A stretch of 63,881 nt of DNA, counting the filler. It is 3 parts of 3 records of this genome, joined end to end, with 100 filler letters (N's around TTAATTAATTAA, not from the genome) between each part and the next. Parts side by side here need not be neighbours in the genome. Positions count along the whole stretch, not along the records: positions 58,433 to 63,881 come from SRR2962707_3316; 2 more parts are not named here. The stretch is one strand, 5' to 3'. This document shows, in pieces, positions 59,358 through 63,881 of the stretch. A program made the position numbers and the translations under genes. The notes under the pieces are model-generated. The model was not told where the DNA came from. It saw only the letters and a list, made by a program, of their open reading frames with translations, and searched no databases. Position 1 is the stretch's first letter; every line of letters starts with the position of its first letter.

Positions 59358-60599
59358 ATGAACAATAGCGACCTTTTAAATGTAGCCAAAGAATTTGGCA
59401 GTCCGGTATACGTATACGACTCAGAAAAAATAACATCTCAATACCAAAGGCTTACTTCTGCTTTTAAGAATGTAAAGAATTTAAAACTAAATTATGCCGT
59501 AAAAGCGCTATCTAATGTGGCTATTCTTAAGCTTATGAATTCTTTAGGAAGTGGTTTAGATACTGTTTCCTTACAAGAAGTACAATTAGGTTTAATGGCA
59601 GATTTTAAGCCAGAAGACATCATTTTTACCCCTAATGGAGTTTCTTTAGAAGAAATTGAAGAAGTTGCCAAGTTGGGAGTTCAAATAAATATTGACAATC
59701 TTTCAATTCTAGAACAATTTGGAGCTCGAAATCCAAAAATTCCTGTTTGTATTAGAATCAATCCGCATGTTATGGCTGGTGGGAATTCTAATATTTCTGT
59801 AGGACATATCGATTCTAAATTCGGAATTAGTATCCACCAAATTCCGCATATTCTAAGAATTGTAGAAAATACTGGGATGCGAGTAAACGGTATCCATATG
59901 CATACGGGAAGCGATATTTTAGATATTGAAGTCTTCCTGTATGCTTCTGAAATTTTATTTGAAACTGCTAAAAATTTCCACGATTTAGAATTTATAGATT
60001 TTGGAAGTGGTTTTAAAGTTCCTTATAAAGAAGGCGACATTGAAACTAATGTAGAGGAATTAGGAAAAAAACTTACAAAACGCTTTAATGCTTTTTGTAA
60101 AGAATTTGGTCGCGACTTAACATTAGCTTTTGAGCCAGGTAAGTTTTTAGTAAGTGAAGCTGGTTTCTTTTTAGCAAAAGTAAATGTAGTTAAACAAACC
60201 ACATCTACTGTTTTTGCAGGAATAGACTCTGGTTTTAACCACTTAATCCGACCAATGTTGTACAATTCTTACCACAGAATTTACAATATCTCAAATCCGA
60301 AAGGGAAAGAGCGCTTCTACTCTATTGTAGGTTATATTTGCGAAACAGACACTTTTGGAAGTAACAGACGCATTAACGAAATATCTGAAGGAGATATTCT
60401 TTGTTTCAAAAATGCTGGAGCTTATTGCTTCTCTATGGCTAGTAATTACAACTCTAGATTTAGACCGCCAGAAGTATTATGGCATCAAGGGAAAGCTCAT
60501 TTAATAAGAAAAGGAGAAACTTTTAACGACCTTATAAACAATCTTGTGGAGCCAGACATCCCTGAGATAAATAAAAAAGAACTCGTAAAAGAGGCATAA
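59358..60599 (+). CDS. lysA: Diaminopimelate decarboxylase
   Basis: YAVKALSN, SKFG, HMHTGS, FEPGKF, ICETD and GAYCFSMASNYNSR motifs. Confidence 0.95.
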   Translation: MNNSDLLNVAKEFGSPVYVYDSEKITSQYQRLTSAFKNVKNLKLNYAVKALSNVAILKLMNSLGSGLDTVSLQEVQLGLMADFKPEDIIFTPNGVSLEEIEEVAKLGVQINIDNLSILEQFGARNPKIPVCIRINPHVMAGGNSNISVGHIDSKFGISIHQIPHILRIVENTGMRVNGIHMHTGSDILDIEVFLYASEILFETAKNFHDLEFIDFGSGFKVPYKEGDIETNVEELGKKLTKRFNAFCKEFGRDLTLAFEPGKFLVSEAGFFLAKVNVVKQTTSTVFAGIDSGFNHLIRPMLYNSYHRIYNISNPKGKERFYSIVGYICETDTFGSNRRINEISEGDILCFKNAGAYCFSMASNYNSRFRPPEVLWHQGKAHLIRKGETFNDLINNLVEPDIPEINKKELVKEA

Positions 60600-60701
60600 A
60601 ATAATAAAAACTACCTCTGGAGAAGCCCCAAGGTATTCAAAAAATAATTTAAACGTATTTCGACGCAGAGCGTTAGAAAAACAACCCCCTAAGAAGGGAT
60701 T

Positions 60702-60732
60702 AAAGCTCGGCAAAATTTGCCGAGCTTTTTTT
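60702..60732 (+). terminator. Intrinsic terminator after lysA
   Basis: AAAGCTCGGCAAA/TTTGCCGAGCTTT inverted repeat plus T-tract. Confidence 0.8.
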
Positions 60733-60818
60733 GCTGAATATATTAACACTCTTCTACATTGATATTTTGCTATATTTACTCTTCCTGAATTAACCCAACC
60801 ATAAACGCTTGTAGTAAA

Positions 60819-61460
60819 GTGATTATTTGGAGGTTGATAATCATAAAATGCTTAAAATTGAAAAAAGAAATTCCTGAATCAATAAAAATTGAATTATTAG
60901 AAACCCGAAGGCTATTTAATATGGTGATTGAAGAAATGAAGAGTGCAGATGAAAATTTATTTTCTGAAAATAAACTTAATGACAGCTTCTACAGGAGAAT
61001 AATTATTAAAAATACTTTTTCTATAATAGAGACATATATTCATATTATTAAAAAAAGTATTAAATTATACCTTACACTTGAGGAACCTAATAAGGTCTCC
61101 TTAGACTGGACTGAACTAATCATTTTAAATGAAAAAAAAGTTCTTTTAGATAATAAAGGAAATACTAAAGTAAAAGATGAATTCCAAAAATTTGAACCAA
61201 ATCTACGATTTACACTTAATACATTTTCTAAGTTATTTAAAATAAATAAACCTGAATACGGAAATACTGAATTTCAAAAATTAATTGTATTATCTAAAAG
61301 AAGAAATGAAATAACTCATCCTAAAAAATCGAATGACTTGAATATAACAAAAGAGGAGTTACATGACTTAATAAAAAGTTTTGGATGGTTTATAAAAGTA
61401 AATGAAAAAATTAATTCCTCTTATTTAATATGGCTGAAAGAAAAACTAAATACTGAATAA
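60819..61460 (+). CDS. Hypothetical protein with HEPN-like Rx4H motif (start may be TTG 60858)
   Basis: RNEITH near the C-terminus; FSIIE in an N-terminal helix. Confidence 0.6.
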   Translation: MIIWRLIIIKCLKLKKEIPESIKIELLETRRLFNMVIEEMKSADENLFSENKLNDSFYRRIIIKNTFSIIETYIHIIKKSIKLYLTLEEPNKVSLDWTELIILNEKKVLLDNKGNTKVKDEFQKFEPNLRFTLNTFSKLFKINKPEYGNTEFQKLIVLSKRRNEITHPKKSNDLNITKEELHDLIKSFGWFIKVNEKINSSYLIWLKEKLNTE

Positions 61461-61597
61461 GTCAATACTCGTAAAATTATTTATCAGAATAATATCTTCA
61501 ACGAGTAATAATTGATTTTTTTTTACCAAGATCATAATTTTATACACACAGTAAATAATTATTTAGATTTACCTTTTAACGGTTTAAAAACAAAAAC

Positions 61598-62113
61598 ATG
61601 AAACAATATATATTTATCCTTTTCACTTTTTTATTTACAATAACTACACAAGCCCAAGAAATTGAATGGCTAACGTGGAGTGAAGCCATAGAAAAGGTAA
61701 ACACGGATAAAAATCCGAAAAAGCTTTTTGTAGATGTCTATACCGATTGGTGTGGATGGTGTAAAAAAATGGATAAAGACACCTTTAACAATCCAAAAGT
61801 AGCCAAATATATGCAGGAGAATTTTTATATGATAAAAATGGATGCTGAAGGAAAGGAAGCTATTGTTTACAAAAACAAAACCTTTAAATATATTCCACAA
61901 GGAAAACGTGGTTACCATGAGTTGGCCGCCGCTTTGTTGCAAGGGAAATTGAGTTTCCCAACCGTTATTTTTTTAAATGAAAATGAAGAAATTCTTTCTC
62001 CAGTTCCTGGATATCAAAAACCAGATGGGTTTTTAATGATTGCTAAATATTTTGGAGATGATATTTATAAAGATAAAAGTTGGAAAGAATATGACGATAG
62101 TAATAAAAGCTAA
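61598..62113 (+). CDS. Exported thioredoxin-family protein
   Basis: Signal peptide ending AQA-like; YTDWCGWCK; cis-Pro motif FPT. Confidence 0.88.
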   Translation: MKQYIFILFTFLFTITTQAQEIEWLTWSEAIEKVNTDKNPKKLFVDVYTDWCGWCKKMDKDTFNNPKVAKYMQENFYMIKMDAEGKEAIVYKNKTFKYIPQGKRGYHELAAALLQGKLSFPTVIFLNENEEILSPVPGYQKPDGFLMIAKYFGDDIYKDKSWKEYDDSNKS

Positions 62114-62218
62114 CCCAAACACCAAACTATGAATTGTCCATTAACAAACTTGAAAATCAACCGATAGGATAGTAAAAGGCGTTACATCTACCCCTTGAAA
62201 TACAATAAATATTAACAG

Positions 62219-63394
62219 ATGAAACTTTTAATCAAGCTATTTATTTTTTCAATAATTACTTTCTTTTTTACTTCATGTAAAGAAAAAAAGGATGATCAAA
62301 TAAAAAAAGTAACTATTGAGAATGTTAGTCCTATTAGCCCTATGGAAAGGGTTTTGGAAGCTAACAATCCGCTTTTAAAAAGAGTTCTTGACAGTGCTGC
62401 TGATTATGAAGTACAAATTATGTTTACTGAAATTAAAAGGAACCATAACAACGTTACTTTTAAAGATTATAAATTCCATGTAAACGATTCCAATTATTTT
62501 TATCCTGCAAGCTCAGTAAAATTACCAATAGCTGTTTTAGCACTAGAAAAACTTAATAAAGACAAGCGTTTTACTATAAATACTCCTTTTTATATAGAAG
62601 GAGATTCGGTGGAGACAACTTTTAAAGATGAAATAAATAAAATATTTGCGGTTAGCGATAATGAAGCCTATAACCGCCTTTTTGAATATTTAGGAAAAGA
62701 TTATATCAACAAAACTCTCAAAGAAAAAGGATTAACAAACGTTCAAATGAATCATCGTTTAGCTACCGACAATGCCTATGAAATTGAGAATAAACCGCTT
62801 ATTTTCATCACAAAAGATACCCTTACAGAAATTGTAGGAAGTATAAATACCCCTATTGACACTCTAAAAATTGAAAATTTAAAAAAAGGAAAAGGTTATA
62901 TGGAAAACGATTCCATTATAAATGCGCCTATGGATTTTAGCTTAAAAAATTATCTTCCTGTAAGTACACTTCATAACATTATGAAACGAATTATTTTTCC
63001 AGAGAATTTTTCTCCTGAAGAGCAGTTTAATTTAGCTGCATCTGACAGAGAATTCCTTTTAAAATCTATGTCTACACTACCAAAAAATCAAGGTTATGAC
63101 TCAGAAAAATATTACGATAGTTACGTGAAATTCTTTATGTATGGAGATAAAAAAGAAGACATTCCAGACTCTCTAAAAATATATAATAAAGTTGGATTTG
63201 CATATGGTTATCTTACCGATTGCTCTTATATACACGATACAAAAAACAACATTGAATTTATTATTACCGCCACCATTCATGTAAATAAAAATCAAATTTA
63301 CAACGATGGTATTTATGAATACGATAAAGTTGGCATCCCTTTTCTTGCTGAATTAGGACGTCAATTTTATAAAACTCAAACATTAACTAACTAA
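62219..63394 (+). CDS. Serine hydrolase lipoprotein with class A beta-lactamase fold
   Basis: Lipobox FTSC; ASSVK (SxxK), SDN and KVG motifs. Confidence 0.82.
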   Translation: MKLLIKLFIFSIITFFFTSCKEKKDDQIKKVTIENVSPISPMERVLEANNPLLKRVLDSAADYEVQIMFTEIKRNHNNVTFKDYKFHVNDSNYFYPASSVKLPIAVLALEKLNKDKRFTINTPFYIEGDSVETTFKDEINKIFAVSDNEAYNRLFEYLGKDYINKTLKEKGLTNVQMNHRLATDNAYEIENKPLIFITKDTLTEIVGSINTPIDTLKIENLKKGKGYMENDSIINAPMDFSLKNYLPVSTLHNIMKRIIFPENFSPEEQFNLAASDREFLLKSMSTLPKNQGYDSEKYYDSYVKFFMYGDKKEDIPDSLKIYNKVGFAYGYLTDCSYIHDTKNNIEFIITATIHVNKNQIYNDGIYEYDKVGIPFLAELGRQFYKTQTLTN

Positions 63395-63402
63395 CAACCA
63401 AA

Positions 63403-63855
63403 ATGAAAACTACAAAAACATTTTTATTATTTATTACAATTTTATTTTTTATGAATACAAAAGCAGCTGCTCAAGAATTTGAATTAACCTTCGACCACAA
63501 TGCTATTTTAGTTAAAGACCTTACCGAAAGTTCCAATTTTTATTTAAACATTATTGGACTTAAAGAAATTGAAAACAAAACTGAAAAATCGCATATTCGC
63601 TGGTTTTCTTTAGGCGGAAACTCTTCACTTCATGTTATTGAAGATAAAAACCATAAAGTACCAGACGTAAAAGGGCTTCATTTTGCCTTACACACTAAAA
63701 ATTTAGATGCTTTTATAGAACATTTAAAAGAAAATAATATCTATTTTGAAAATTGGCCTGGCGAAGCAAATACAACCAATACACGTCCAGATGGGGTTAG
63801 ACAAGTTTATTTAAAAGACCCAAATGGATATTGGATTGAAGTTAATGAGAACTAA
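63403..63855 (+). CDS. VOC/glyoxalase-family protein with signal peptide
   Basis: DHNAILVKDL..S..FY...IGL, HFAL and DPNGYWIEV motifs. Confidence 0.88.
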   Translation: MKTTKTFLLFITILFFMNTKAAAQEFELTFDHNAILVKDLTESSNFYLNIIGLKEIENKTEKSHIRWFSLGGNSSLHVIEDKNHKVPDVKGLHFALHTKNLDAFIEHLKENNIYFENWPGEANTTNTRPDGVRQVYLKDPNGYWIEVNEN

Positions 63856-63881
63856 AAAATCAACTCCCTCGAGGCAAGCCT

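Noticed and set aside
62219-63394. Antibiotic-resistance beta-lactamase
   Set aside because: It has fold motifs only; it is a long lipoprotein with KVG and no clear class A omega-loop ExxLN, so resistance cannot be claimed.
58333-63881. AT-rich segment as a horizontally acquired island
   Set aside because: The shift coincides with a synthetic linker and the segment has housekeeping lysA with a Bacteroidetes-type promoter; it is a different organism.
1-63881. CRISPR arrays, tRNA/rRNA, IS elements, prophage
   Set aside because: I saw no regularly spaced repeats, structural RNA signatures, transposase, integrase or phage proteins by inspection; a covariance-model scan would be needed to exclude small RNAs.

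Overview
The window is not one genome. It holds three unrelated bacterial contigs joined by two artificial 100-nt linkers (N44-TTAATTAATTAA-N44 at 31784-31883 and 58333-58432). Taxonomic labels below come from gene content and base composition only. Contig 1 (1-31783, GC-rich, Marinobacter-like gammaproteobacterium) carries: an extracellular nuclease/5'-nucleotidase pair; an LldR-regulated L-lactate operon; mqo-pntAa-pntAb-pntB; cytochrome c peroxidase; a sulfur-redox island (rhodanese, TDT channel, DsrE-like protein, octaheme Otr-family cytochrome plus cytochrome b, SQR); a frameshifted ovoA with a separate stand-alone OvoA-type methyltransferase coupled to mscS; rlmE; and an Aer-like receptor. 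Contig 2 (31884-58332, GC-rich, Rhizobiales-like alphaproteobacterium) carries three uptake/catabolic modules of unknown substrate: (i) betaine-type permease, two choline-kinase-like enzymes and a GcvT-type dehydrogenase; (ii) GntR, TIGR04076-like protein, aldo-keto reductase, AKR-Rid fusion, NTF2-like protein and Liv-type ABC transporter; (iii) MocR, Pot-type ABC transporter, GMC and DAO oxidoreductases and an enolase-superfamily enzyme. It also has an EcfG-type promoter driving an unannotated 24-aa membrane peptide. Contig 3 (58433-63881, AT-rich, Flavobacteriaceae-like) carries a frameshifted Lon-N protein, lysA, a solo HEPN-like protein, a thioredoxin, a beta-lactamase-fold lipoprotein and a VOC protein. 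I recognised no CRISPR array, rRNA, tRNA or transposase. Family calls rest on motif recognition; no database search was run.
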